Part shown: in pieces, positions 39,200 to 53,200 of the stretch | Numbering within the stretch: the first letter of the stretch is position 1 | Layout: every line of letters begins with the position of its first letter | Assembly: GCF_000150275.1 (NCBI RefSeq) | Contig: NW_002060944.1 | Coordinates: 3,614 to 67,613, forward strand | DNA: 64,000 bases | Origin: Trichoplax adhaerens | Taxonomy: Eukaryota > Animalia > Placozoa | Reading direction: 5' to 3' | Position numbers and translations under genes: made by a program | Notes under the pieces: generated by a model | Database searches by the model: none | Told to the model about the DNA's origin: nothing | What the model saw: the letters and a program-made list of their open reading frames with translations, nothing else

Positions 39200-41250
39200 T
39201 TTTGGCAACGGCGTTAATACGTTTTTTTCAATTCTTACTTTCTCAAGTAGTTTGTGTCTTCTGGCATTTTACTTTCTTAATTGTATTACGTTCTGTTATT
39301 GATGCTCTAGAATCTCATTAAACTAATCCTTCCTTAACTCTGACATACTTTGACTAAATCAGCGAGAGTAAATATATTATAGCGAATATGATCGCCAACC
39401 CTTATCGGGTTACATTTTATGCATCAAAAACAAGTATAGCAATCCGTATAGCTGAAACACTTTAAATTTATATCCATGCTGACAGTTATTTATATAGATT
39501 CCAATAATGCCAGGTAACCACTAAATCTATTAAGCAGGTTTAAATGAATTTTAGGGTTTGAGGTAATTTTTACCGCTAAGCAGTCCCATAATTTGTATCT
39601 TTTTGCAAAGAAATTAGCTATGGGAGAAACTGAGCAAAATTCTTTTCACTACTTTTTTCAGTATTTACTTGGGAAACTAAAGTAAATATAGCTTTATAAT
39701 GCAGCTCTAATAAATTTTCGAACAGCCATAAAATATGCTAGAAACTATATTTGGCCAACAATTTGTTTCTCATGATTTGTATATTATTTTTACCAAATAT
39801 TAAGTAAAAAAATAAAAACTACGAAGACAGATAAGAAAGCATTAGTCATTATAATAGGTAAAATTTAGCATTTTAAATAGCGGTAAAAGTAATCTATTGC
39901 TAAAATTTCTGTTCTAATAATCAAATTGAAATGATGTACAAAAATTATGATAAATATTTAGTACAAAACTTATTTCGTTACACGACAAATTACTCATATT
40001 GACACCAGCAAGCGGCCAGTGAATCTACCGTATCTAAAGATTTATCCTGGAATATAATTAAATTAATTTATCAACATTGTTATTTAGTTTTAACAGCAAT
40101 TGTTAGATTTATTTGCCATATCTGGTATGCAAGATTGCATTTTTATTATTGAACATCGATCAAATTCTTCTCCAGGCACTATTAAACATTAACAGCATTT
40201 TAAATGTACTTAATAGTGTAGATCAAAACAAGTTTACGTAAACTTTAAAACATTAACGACTCATTCGACTTTGCGTCGGCTCTCTGTGCAAAGATTTATG
40301 TCAGTTATTGTTTAATACTAGCACAATTAGCTATCCTGATGACGCAGCACCGTATATGGCTGTTGTTAGGATTGTATTCATGTACTGTTACTGTATTACG
40401 CTATGATCCGATGATGTAGGCTTGTATTGTACGCGTTACCCGTTAACGGTAGCGTGCTTGTTGATCGCCATATAAGTAAATGTTGAATAAGAAGTAAACA
40501 TTCTGAAGCTAGTCAAGTACTCATCATTAAGTTGACTTGAACGTTATCTTACTTTAGCCTAGAATTTTTTAATAGCTGAGAATGAACCTTAGTCCGTAAA
40601 AATAAAAGCGTAAGAGTCAAAACCAATTGATCACAACCATCCAACTATTCATAAGACATTTATTTTATAATTAATCTGATGCCATAAACTTCGATAAATG
40701 AATTAACAAAGATTTAGAAATAAAGAAAGCATCTAATTAAATTGGAATACAACATACGGTGCTGGACTACTATTCTTATACGCGTAAATAGCTAATAATC
40801 TGCAATCCAATAATTAACAATTTTATACAATGAAAGCTTAAGAGTCAAAACCAATTGATCACAACCATCCAACTATTCATAAGACATTTTTTTTATAATT
40901 AATCTGATGCCATAAATTTCGATAAATGAATTAACAAAGATTTAGAAATAAAAAAAACATCTAATTAAATTGGAATATAACATACGGCGCTAAACTACTA
41001 TTTTTATACGCGTAAATAGCTAATAATCTGCAATCTAATAATTAACAATTCTATACAATAAAAGCTTAAGAGTCAAAACCAATTGATCACAGCCATCCAA
41101 CTATTCATAAGACATTTTTTATAATTAATCTGATGCCATGAACTTCGATAAATGAATTAACAAAGATTTAGAAATAAGGGAAGCATCTAACTAAATTGGA
41201 ATATAAGGTTATATACGGCGCTGGAATGAATTTTATTGTAAAACTATTTA
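39200..41250 (+). repeat. Second copy of the inter-receptor spacer
   Basis: Collinear similarity to 6050-8790, without the LINE insertion. Confidence 0.8.
40611..41228. repeat. 228-bp tandem repeat, ~2.7 copies
   Basis: taagagtcaaaaccaattgatcaca starts at 40611, 40839 and 41067; copies nearly identical. Confidence 0.95.
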
Positions 41251-42137
41251 AGAAATGTATTAATTGTTTCATTATAATAATAGGGCAAATCTATATTGTG
41301 TACGCCTACAATAAACAAAATCAAATGTAATAACTCAGTCTTAGAACGATGCCAATAACCTACTGACTATATTTTGAACATTACCTCTATAATTTTGTAA
41401 ATATAAATAAATTGCTATTTTATGCCAAGGCTTACTACGATTAAATTATACCTGAATTTATAAGACAGTAAGTAAAATGGGCTTACAATAACAATTCTTT
41501 TCCTTGATTTTATCTAGGAAGCTTGCAAATGTAACATCAAATAAGGATTTCCTATCTATTCTCGTACAATATAAGATAGTAATCTACATTCTTTGCTAAT
41601 TCAACCATCCGTGCTAGTTATGATCATTCACTTACAGATTTATGTCAAAGAGTATCGTGTCTTATCGTAGATCTCTACAATATGTTTCATTTATTATTTA
41701 CATGGTTTATGATATAGGCTCTAGTAATTTCATTTTGCAATCTCCATTCAATATTTTGTTTCATTTTAAATCTTAAATGAATTCTTTGAAAGAGAATCTG
41801 GAAACAATTTATACGAATTTTGTCCTTTTGTCAACAATAGCTCATATTATTAAATTGGGGAAATGCTTAAAATTAAAATATTTAATTTATCGCTTGCAAT
41901 TATCCGTAAATAATTATGTATATTAACTCATGGAACAAAAAAACATTTCGAAATTACAGTACAAGTCTTTTCCTTTTTATATTGTAAAAGTTAGAAATGA
42001 TACTGTTAGTAATCCTTCCTCAATTACTGATACCGAATGTAGTACAGGCCAAATATAGCTTAGATTACGATCCAAGATCGTACAAAAATACTGTACTGTA
42101 GGTTAAATCGTAGGTTAGAGTGTATGATTGTATTAAT

Positions 42138-42520
42138 TTCTATTTGTAGAAGACGTTTACCGTACGTATTGTAGTAATTGCATCGAGATACTTATATTAA
42201 GATTCTGAAATAATAATAGATTGTGCTAATTATGTTAGTAGTGTGAGATATGTGTTGTGAGGCTTTATTTAGAAACACAAATAATGCATTGATAGCGCGA
42301 TAGTAAATTTAGATATGAACTTGTAACTTAATTGGTAAGATATGATTTTATTAGAAGGAAAATCATTGCGTTACTAATTGTATATAAATTGTGAATATTA
42401 CTATAATAATTTAGATAGTCCTTGGTAGTTATGAGACGAACCTAATCTTATGTAGTAAAACGAAGTTTGCAAGAAGCTGTAGTTCTTGTTATACTTTAGA
42501 GAAGGCACTTTATCACATAC
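42138..42520 (-). repeat. Repeat family C, copy 2
   Basis: Reverse complement of 33930-34335. Confidence 0.85.
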
Positions 42521-42651
42521 CGCATGGAGTATTACTAATTTAACATCAATTCTAGATTTAAGTAGTATATACGAGTAATATTTTAAGCGTTTTTAACAAC
42601 ACATACTAGCAGTTGTCTACTAATACCAAAGAGCCAATTATTGTAACACAG

Positions 42652-43874
42652 TGTAATCCTTGACTTATCCCTAAACAGAGCGCCTAAAATATAAAATTGA
42701 TATTAGATAAACAGTACATTACAGTACAATACTTTGAAAGATTTGTCCAACAAATAGTAAATCTGGATCTGGTTACATTGTTGCGCAAAAATTCGGGATA
42801 GGACGGGACGGCTGGGCGGGTGCGGCCTCACGTAGTAGCGCTAATACTTTACCATTTCTAATGCTGGTCCTTCATCTTACAATGTCAACAACAATATCTT
42901 AAAAGAACTACTGTGATGTTTCCCATACTATTATTGCATCTTAGAATGCCAACAACTACTGTAAGCCCCACTTCTATTATACAATGTATGACGAAGTGAT
43001 TTAATGTAATTTAGTATACTGTACACTGTATTGTACAGTCACTCTTTATACTATCCCTCGTCGTAATACATGCGTATTTTGAAATGCCGCAAAACATTGC
43101 CTTTTGCACGTATACCTTTCAATTTAAATTTTATAGATTTAAATTATGATAAACTGCGATTCTAGCTTACCGGTCTATACATATTGAATAAAGCATGCTA
43201 ATTATTTACTCTACCATTCTTCGGAAGCTATTAACAAAAATCTAAAGTTTTGTCTTTACTGATAATTTCGTAATCTCCATTGCTAACTTTCCTCCTGATT
43301 TTTAAATGTTCAACATCTTAGTATATTGCTAACATAGTGATCATAGGTGACTAACATACGTTAATCAATTACTGATAAAAGAACAAATGCAAGAATTACA
43401 AGATCAGCTAACATCTTTTTACATTTATCACTATAAGTCATTTAAAAGAAGCAGCATTTAGAATTATAATTATGCTAACTATTTCCAAATCTCTTACAAT
43501 AGCAAGCGGGTTAGGTCATTTATTTTGGTAGTAATAATAGTATCACGTAAAAAAAGTTAGTAATATTTGGTAGAGTAGCCTTATCAGAGAGACAGGGATC
43601 TTAAAATTACAAGATAGTCTATAATTTAGACGTTTTGCCTAATAGAGTATAGTTGCTTCGTATTGAATGTGTGACTATAAGTAATTTACACTAGATTGTA
43701 TGTTATGAAGCGACTGATTCTCTGAATAGGCGTATTGTAATCCTTGACTTAACCCTAAACATAGCGCCCAAAATATAAAATTGATACTTGATAAACAATA
43801 CGTTACAGTACAGTAATTTGAAAGATCTATCCAACAAATAGTAAATCTGGACCTGCTTACATTGTTGTGCAAAA
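42652..43874 (+). repeat. ~140-bp direct repeat pair (42652-42790 and 43736-43874)
   Basis: tgtaatccttgactta...aaaatataaaattgata...tccaacaaatagtaaatctgga...ttacattgttg(c/t)gcaaaa occurs twice, 1084 bp apart. Confidence 0.92.
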
Positions 43875-45860
43875 GTTCAAACTTTAGTTATAAAAATATT
43901 AAAAACGTATGACCAAAACGTAATGGAGAGAGTGTGATAATATGGTATTGCAGAATATTTCTGTTAGGTTTGTTCGCTGATTCTGAACAGAATACGCGGA
44001 CGACCTAAACTCTATCTTAAGAATGCCAACTGTCTTCTTTATTCGCCCAACCAAATTAACATAAGTAGGTCTTCTATCTATAAACTACATTTCTAAATGA
44101 AAAGACTTGAACAGTCACAATAGTACGATACACATAGAGAACCCATAAGTGTAAATCTGTAATATACTCCAGTCTGTGATCATGTAAAACAGATCTCTTT
44201 ATTCTCAAGTACCCAGTTAGCTATATCCGCTATATTCAGCAATAGCAACAACTGAATTATAATTACATCGACCTAATTCCATCTACAATATTACAGTTAT
44301 TATTACCAATTATAACATCCACCACAAGAAAAGATAGACTAAAACCTTTACTGTAGACTCAGAGTAAAACGTCCGCGCTTCCACTAGAATTAAAGTAAGT
44401 CACAACACCACTTTATTATATTGTCGTGCTTATAGCGTAGGATATTTTTAAGCAAGATTTATATTGACTTTCTCTACAGCTGCAGTTACGGATTCTCTTA
44501 GTATGCCTCTGCAGGTTTATTTTACTAATGGTATTTATAGCTTATTCACATGCGTCCATATAGCAGTATAATAAAAACATTTTAGTTTTAGTTTTATACT
44601 CTATTTCTACTTGTTTCATCTAAAGGCTTTTCATTTAATTTTCATCGTTACAAAGTTCGAGAATTTTTACATATTAGCAACGTGATAGTTTAGTTTGTAC
44701 TTTCTAAATTCTTAACAAGTTTACAAATTACACCTTAACCCGGATCAATTCAATTATATCCATGGATTGATGGTCTTAATAGTAGTACTTAGTTATCCAA
44801 CGATGTTAGCCAAACTACAGTATTGTGTGTACACTCCATAGTCATACATGATACTTTTTAACTATGCCATGGGTGCCTTTACCATTCACAAGCGTTGTGA
44901 AAGGTAGCGGAAATTATTTAAATTTTCTCAGCGATTCTGTGTACGTTATGTAGTAGGCTCACCGCACTACGCAGAATTAATGCCAGAGGTAAAGACACCG
45001 ACTACACTGATTGGGATGGTAAATCATGTTGAAGAAGAAAAACATTAAAAAATCCCCTAAAAAATATCGTTACATAAGCGTGCGTCTTCGTGGAATAAAT
45101 TTTTTGTATTCTAATAAGCTACATCTTTTACAAAGTTTTCTTTGCAATATTCAAAAGCGATAAACAGCATTCGCAATGAATAATTTTCAATTGATTTTAC
45201 TTCACTAAATTCAATTTTTACTATCCTTTAAGTTGCAGAGCTTATATATTAAAGCAATTGATCAAATCCTCAGTTGATACAGGATATCAATGACGACTGG
45301 TTGAAATGAGTCATTAAGTAAATCATTAAGTAAATCAAGGCCATGCGAGTACTGTAGCTACATTGAATCAGGCCAAGATTTACAATCACTGTAGTGTCGT
45401 GATGTCATGGTGTACAGCAATGTTTTGAATCAGAGCTGAGTACGTAATTATACGATCTAAATTTTGAAACATTGTGGTTTCAAGGACTCCACGTTATAGT
45501 ACGGTAATAGTTTAGTCGATATAGGAGAAAGAAAAACTACTCTGTTATTAAGACTGTATAGAAAAACGATATATGACATTGCCGTTCCTAAACCCCTTCA
45601 TGACATGCAGTAAGTCCATTTTGAAAAGTAAAGTTTTATTTACAGTTTTCCTATTATTTTGTGATATTTTTACTTTTCGATAAAAGTTGTTGTGGTTCGT
45701 TAGTCGTTCATAAGACAAACTGAAAATCAAAACCCAGCAGTAAATTTCTGATATTATTGATTACAGCTGACTGGTATTTTGTTAATTGCTGGTAATAAAG
45801 AAAAATAAGAGAATGACAGATAGGCTAGCATCTTGTTAAATTAAATTTATCATAATAAAC

Positions 45861-48607
45861 TTATTCAAGATGAATAGCATTCAGCAATTCAATCAAATTA
45901 TCCATTTCAAAATCTTTTGCTATATCAAGCGGCGTTAAGTCTCCCATTTTGGCATAAACGTCAGCTCCGGCCGCTACTAAACTTCTTACCATAGCATCAT
46001 CACCTATATTAAATCATCACAATATGATAACATAATTCATTAATTGTCTCTTCATATACGACCACATACAATGATCAGACTACCGGATTAATTATAGTTA
46101 TTTTATGATTTTTAATCAGTGAGAACACATAGTTCAGTTGGTCATGTATAGATGAATAAAATAAATAGATACACTGTCAAACTACAGAGCTATTGATGAA
46201 TACTCCAATAACAGCCTCACTAAGTAGCTATAATTATCGAACGGTTCCTTAATTTGAAATACTAAAGCTAGGATGATATAAGAGAAGTGCAAGTAAATAA
46301 TAGTAATAGCACTACTGTCGAGTCTTCTACCGTCCCTGAAAGGATAGATAATTTCTGACTTACCATTCATAACAGCTAGATGTAATGGAGTTGCATTATT
46401 GCATTGTTCGTTAATAACATTAACCTTAGCACCTATCTTTAGTAGCCATTTGACCATAAGAGTATCGCCACGACCAATAGCTGCATGAAGAGGTGTATTG
46501 CCTGATTCACCATGATGATTAATATCAATTTTACCTGGATGCTGTACATAGTTACTTAATTAGATCCAAAATATTATTGAAAAAGTAATGAACGTTCTGT
46601 CTCAATGTTATAATTCACTATTGTCTATATACAGTACTTCAGTATAATCAAATACGTATGCAGACATTAGGAATAATCAAGAAAGACAGAAATCATTTGA
46701 CTAAATTTGAATGACTTTAAGGTACCATAGATACAAGATAGTATCACCTTTTGAATTAAATACGTTAATATGGACGAGGAGTTGGCCATCACTCCGGTGA
46801 AGAATAATCTGTTATAATCTTCTGGTAATAATGATGTAATCGATAGGACTTGATCATCGAGAATGTATTGTATAACATCGAGATATTGAAGCTGAATTGC
46901 TTGACAGATAATTTCTGTGATATTAGAGACTTTATCGTGTTGAAAACGACTGTTTTCTTGCTGTAGTTTATGATAAAACTCAATAATTGCAGATGTCATA
47001 TTTAGTAGAGCATGAGATCGTATAGCAAGGACAATTTGAGCACAGGTGCGGTTACTTGTTTTACACTTGACCGCTGAAAGCAACTTCTTGTAGGCTTTAT
47101 GACGACCAGATGACAGAGTATACACAACATCCAAGAAAAAGAGCTGTCGATTGACAGCAAATCGAGTGCTAGAGAATAAAATCGTGAATGATAATGGTCA
47201 AATTAGTCTCATCTAATGGCTTAGCTCCTAGTATGATAAAACAAGTACTGTGTGTCTAATTTACTGCAGTTTTGAATAACATAATTAATCTATTTAATAC
47301 GGATGTTAGCTTTCAGTTAACAGACTGACGATTTGAAAGAAAAATGATACATTAACAGTAAATATGATACTCTGTATCAATTTATTACTACTGTTACAGT
47401 ATTTGTAAGTAATCCTAAACATTGTTTATTAATTTTCTGTATGTTTTTAACGTTGCTTTTGCATAGACTGCTGTTTATATTTACAAATCTCAAAATGGAT
47501 GAAGTAGAATTGAAGCTAATGCTTGTCGAAGTGGGTAAGGTTTACTAACATTTATTTGATTTGACACTTTATAACTTGACTAAGCGTTTACTGATGCAAT
47601 CTGTAAGGTTTTGTTGATATAAAAACAAAATATAGAATACTTAATGTGGACTCAATTCTAACTACATGGTTAAAATTTGGTTGTAAGCTAAATTTTAGCT
47701 AAAAATATTGCTTGTCGCAGTTTACTAGAGTTCGATTTGTCACTTATTGCTAAATTAAGTAATATAATGAATTAGCATACGAGTATATCTACTGTATGTA
47801 GTTATGCGTTTCTATCTACATACGGGAACTCGGGAATAATAGCGTAAATAAGCTGTTCTAAAGTAGACTCTTCTAGTTGTGATTGTTGGCCACCAAGAAG
47901 AATTATCAGATGATCTCGTATAATTTCCAACTCCATCTTTAAAAGGTCTAACTTTTGTTGTGATGGAAAAACGGATATCCAAAAATGACTGAACTGAGTC
48001 ATATTATCACCAGTTTGCCACCATTCATGTAACCTCATCACTAATTTATTGGATTCCTTCAACCAATTCTCTGCAATAGTTTTTACAATAGTCAATAAAT
48101 GATTGATAGTTTTTTTAAAGTTCAGTTCTAAATTATGGCACTACTTTAACTTATCCATTCTTTTCACTTACCAAGAATATTACTATCTACTCTAGTTATA
48201 ATTGATTCGAGGTCTTCTGTTTTGATTAGAGGTTGTATAGACGGCAAAACCGCCTGTTGTTTGGCAATCGTTTGAGGTGTTTTAGAAGTTGCTTTACTAT
48301 TGATCGTATGTAGTGGCCTTACTGGGCCGCTATTAGGGCGAATATCTTCTTTTTTTTTGGTAATATCACTTAGTGGTGATAATACTCTACCTGAACGTAC
48401 TTTGGCGCTATTACTTTTAACCGTTCCTGATGCCCCAGGAGGTGGCGTTGGTTGTTGAAAGGGATAAGAAGAACTTCTATGGAATGGATGTTTAGCTAAA
48501 GTAACGTGCGGTACATCTTGTTGAGAAAAGTCTTCATCATCGATAGCGCTATATGATAACCGCGATACGCATAGTAAATCTCTTATTTCTTCCACTTGAT
48601 CATCCAT
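45861..48607 (-). CDS. Uncharacterised protein with C-terminal ankyrin repeats; exons 48607-48172, 48127-47824, 47168-46748, 46541-46364, 46003-45861
   Basis: Phase-compatible GT-AG joins link ORFs 48164-48607, 47802-48095 and 46667-47134 to ankyrin motifs GNTPLHAAIGRGDTLMVKWLLKIGAKVN, NATPLHLAVMNGDDAMVRSLVAAGADV and LTPLDIA. A possible extra 5' exon 49236-49153 would join in frame via an acceptor at 48650. Confidence 0.8.
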
Positions 48608-50286
48608 CTTGTATTTTTGAATATCGATAAGGCTAGTAACTAAAGCAGACTATAGTATAGAAGCAGCCATGTAATAGATTAGAATGAATTATATGTTTAA
48701 ACCTTTATGATATATAAAAGGGCTGACATGCGTGTATCATAGTGCTACTATCATGCAAATTTTAGGCATGAATAGCATCTGTAGTAGATAATACAATGAT
48801 TGATTTTTTACCCAGTTAAGGCCCATTTATTAAATATAATAAATAGTCCGTTAATACTGTAAAAATTCATTTAATGATGTATATCCTGCAATTATCACGC
48901 ATTGCTGTTCGAAAGTTCAGTCCAGTGTTTATGGATGATATCAAATGATTAAGTTCAAGATACATTGGAGAATCGTTAATTATGTTATGAAAGTTGATAT
49001 TGAAGCGGAGAATAATTTTATTTACGAAAAGTACATGAACTATTGTCCTTTTCTGAATAATTATACTTTATTTTGTGGGAGATTAACAAAAATATTCGTA
49101 ATTTCATTACAGCATCACTTATTTGGAATCGAATAAAATTTTGAATCCTTACAGTTTCATGAAAACTGTCATGCACGCATTGTAAGTATAAGCGGATACA
49201 ATTGGATAATGGGTCCAAGCGAACTAGCGAGTCCATGCGAGTAGTAGTAAACGGTTAGGAATCGCCAAGAAATATTTACGTACTACTGTAGAGTACTTAA
49301 GTAAGAGATCTTGCATGAAACGATTGATTGGCCTGCAATTCAGTACAATCTATCAGTAGCTTGGCCTGGATGTTGTAAGTTTTGTGGATTACCGATTTAC
49401 ATCGTTGCAACATGTTTGCATTACAGTATCCGCTCTCATCTTTCGATAATATCATTAATGTAAAGTCCCCTTAGATATCTCAGTAAATTACAGTTGCAAG
49501 TAATCAATAACAAAACGTATATCTTTTAAGGCTAAAGCCAGATGCTTCACAGGCACATCAAAGGCATCGGTTTTATGAGCCTAAAATGAATTGATCATAC
49601 AGCCTCTCCCTCCGGTAACTACTGCTTTTCTAAGAATTAATAAAAAACAAAAGTAGACACCCTCTCATTTACTTGGTAGTCTCTATAATTTCTAACATGA
49701 TTATTATTCATGAAGTTCAAAGCTAATTAACGCTCAGCACTATTGACCAAAGGATAGTTTGAATAACTTTAACGTCAATCAAGGAAATCTATTCAGAGAT
49801 ATTAACGCCAAAGGCAAAAAATTCAGCAAAGTAATACATCAAAACGTTGCTTTTATTGTGATAATAAATGATTTTCGGAACCAAAGATAAAATTAATTCA
49901 TAACATAAACTTACAACACAGCTCATGTAAACAAACCTGCTAATGCCCTACCTTGCGTATGGTGTATCTTATATTACAAACAAGACTTTGGCATGAATTT
50001 TGCTACTGCAAGAAGTTACGATTACGTTTAAAGGTAATATTATTCAGGCTCTATTCGCTAGTCAAGTGTCAAGTACTGTTGTAACGTACGAGGCGTTGAA
50101 GATTTTATTACATGATTGTCCCAACTAAACAATCATGACGATTGTGTTGTTTGACGTAAGAAAACCAGAATATTACCGGTAATTTCCCTGCTAATAAATC
50201 CTAAGTACATTTCAATTATGAAGTAGTTCTGATGTTGCAGGCCGACCTTTTTTATGTCTTTAACCACATATTGGTGTGTCAAGACA

Positions 50287-53200
50287 CTAATATTTTGGGA
50301 AGCCAGGAACTCTTGACGTTGGCATAATATTGGCTGCTGGCGGTGGAAGTCCATACGAATAGGGAGGCGCAGCATGTACGGAATTCGTGGGAACTACAAT
50401 AACAGAAACGGGACAAAAATGTTCCGTTTATTGCTAATAAGCGAAATGCCAGATATCGCCTAATCAATATTTTTTTGAATAAAGATTCGAATAAATACTT
50501 ACATTGAGGTTGGGCAGCTTGCGCTATCTTTGTCTTATATTTTGCAGCCCTCCGCTCCTCCTGTATCAAAGTAGATAGCTTTATGTCAGATTCATGAATT
50601 TAAAAATAATACCGATATACGAGTAATCCTATGCATAACTGATTGACAGTAATAAATCGATAATGTCATCGTCATTAAATAATGTACTGTAGTATGGTTA
50701 AAGGCAATATAGTAAAGTATGGGAAGTTACATCAAAGTTAAATGCATAGCAAAACGGCACATTAATATAATATAATTGACAAGAACTTGGGAGTTGTAGC
50801 TGAAAAAATTAAAGCGATACTGAATACTGAAAGATAGCCAATTTCAGACAAACTCAATTGGTTCAACTATTCTACTATTCTAACAACAATCGTGGAATAA
50901 GCAGCACACTAATCTGTCACATCAACCGCAAACCTCTTCTGTGTTACAAGCCTATATATTGACGGCAATACTCCTTGATATCAACGCTGTTAATGATACG
51001 CAATTCCAATAAATTCGGACTAAATTAGCAACGTAAAATAGATATTACCAATACTCACGAAAAGTGTGTCAATGTGCCACCGTAATTCGTTGAAATAAAC
51101 ACATAGTAACTGTAACACATGTTGATTTCTGAATCATACCTTAAATGACTGTTACTATCAGTACCAACGAGCGGTACGGTTAATATTAATAAATGTAACA
51201 TGGAATGAGAGTTTACAGTAACAGCAATTAGAAATGCTATTATGTTAAATAGCATTCACTTTGCAGTTTTATAATATTCTCTTCGTACCTTAAACCGGTT
51301 TCATCTCTGAAGATTCAGTCAAATAAACTCTTAATAATGACGACAAAGAATAACGTAACCCCAGCCCAATAGCACAGTTTTGTAACTGACAAGTCAAGCT
51401 CAATCGTAGTAATACTTGACTGCTACATGTGATTAATGTACATGTGCTAGTACTAATAAAGAGCACCAAGGCTATTTCTTACCAATGATATATCCTCTTC
51501 CGGATGGACTAACTTGCTAGTAGCTCCAACACTACTGATAGTTGTAGATATCTTGGGCGTTGTTATTGGAGTGGTCTCAGCTGGAGGTGGTACACTGCCT
51601 ACAAGCGATAGATTCAAATTACAACGGAAAAAAGTGGTGTTAATATGACACAAGATGCCAGTCTGTCGAACGAAATTTACAATTTCTATCCAAAAGATTT
51701 AGCTTGTTCAAGGCACCTTTACTATCGTTCAGAACCGGTTTGGCTTCAAAAGTTTTCGAATTCGAGATAGGCTTGAAATCTGCACCTACAGGGCCGGAAC
51801 TAATTGTTGTAGAGCTACTAACTTGTGAGGCACTTGGAAATAGCGGTCGACTTGGTGGGGCAGAATTATTAGCGGCCGATACCGGAGGCGCTCTAATCGG
51901 CGGAGGCATATTGGTATTCGGTGGGGGCATGTTCGGAAATGGAAATCTATTCAATTGTATTACAGCGATTTTGGTATTTAATAATTTTTGAATTAACGTT
52001 TACTTGTTCATATAATGTAAAAGGAGTATATTGACAGTGGCTTTAACGGAAGATTAAGCCTATTACTGTCTACGTATTACCTAGCTTGCATTGGTGGTAC
52101 ACCAAATGGCACGGGTGGCATCGGCATACCGGTAGGTAGTCGGTCTGGTTTAGAAAAAGTAATGTTTGCACATTGTTTTAATGATGATAGCATATCTAAA
52201 TCGAGGGTAAAGGGTTAGTACAAGCATAATTATAACTGGAGTAACAAACTTGGTTGAGGGTAGCCAGGCACTCCTGGACGCCAAAAACCGGGAGCGACCG
52301 GAGGAACAGCCGACGGCGCAAAAGCTGCTTGAGGAGTCGGTTGTTCGTCTGATTTTGCTTTTTTCGTCTCGGGTTCTAATTGGATGAAAATAGTTTAAAC
52401 CTCGTTATCATATTATACGAAGTAAATCTTTGCAACATCATCATCATTCATTGTCAATATCGATTACATTATATGTATAGAAAAGAATACGACTTTAAAA
52501 TGATAACAAAAACCTGGCAAAGAATGAGTTATTGATGACAAGATACAAATCATTGCAGTCAAATGCTTACATAGTATAGCCAAATAGCCATTGTTAGCTA
52601 GTTTGATAATATATTATTAAAATTTCGTCAAATGATTCGATCGTCATCTACTGTAGTTTATCAAACTTTCGTTCTGTTGATGAAATACGTTATCGATAGT
52701 ATTGCTTGATAGATAATGCGAATACTAGATGAAAATGACAATTCTGTTTCCACGATGCAGCTTGAGTGGAACTGTTTGAAAATGATTTTGCCTTGCGTCA
52801 TAAATATAATTTATGATCCGTTTGCCTAGTGGTAGACTATGCGAAGGGCGTTTTTGTACGTTATAGTATCATGCTAGATTTCTAAAGTGAGATAAGGGAT
52901 GTTGGTGATACCGACTACTATATTGTATTAAAATGTTAAAATAAGATGTAATCCTTGGTATCAATGTGCTAGAACAATTCAAGGGCAGTTAGTTACCTAG
53001 TTACAATAATGCTCAAAACGCTATACAAGTTAATAATGTCTACTTTAACTTTGTCAGACATTACTTTTAGATGATCAACACAGATAGTACAGTGAAAGGC
53101 TGTCATTTAGGTAATTAAAGAATTACTATAGGGATTGTTGACTCACTACAGAGATAGAAAGGTTTTGTTCTGCATCTACTGTATATATATAAGAGCGAAG

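Noticed and set aside
42652-43874. 140-bp direct repeats as LTRs of a small retroelement
   Set aside because: TG..CA-like ends exist, but no primer-binding site, polypurine tract or target-site duplication was found; kept as a plain duplication.
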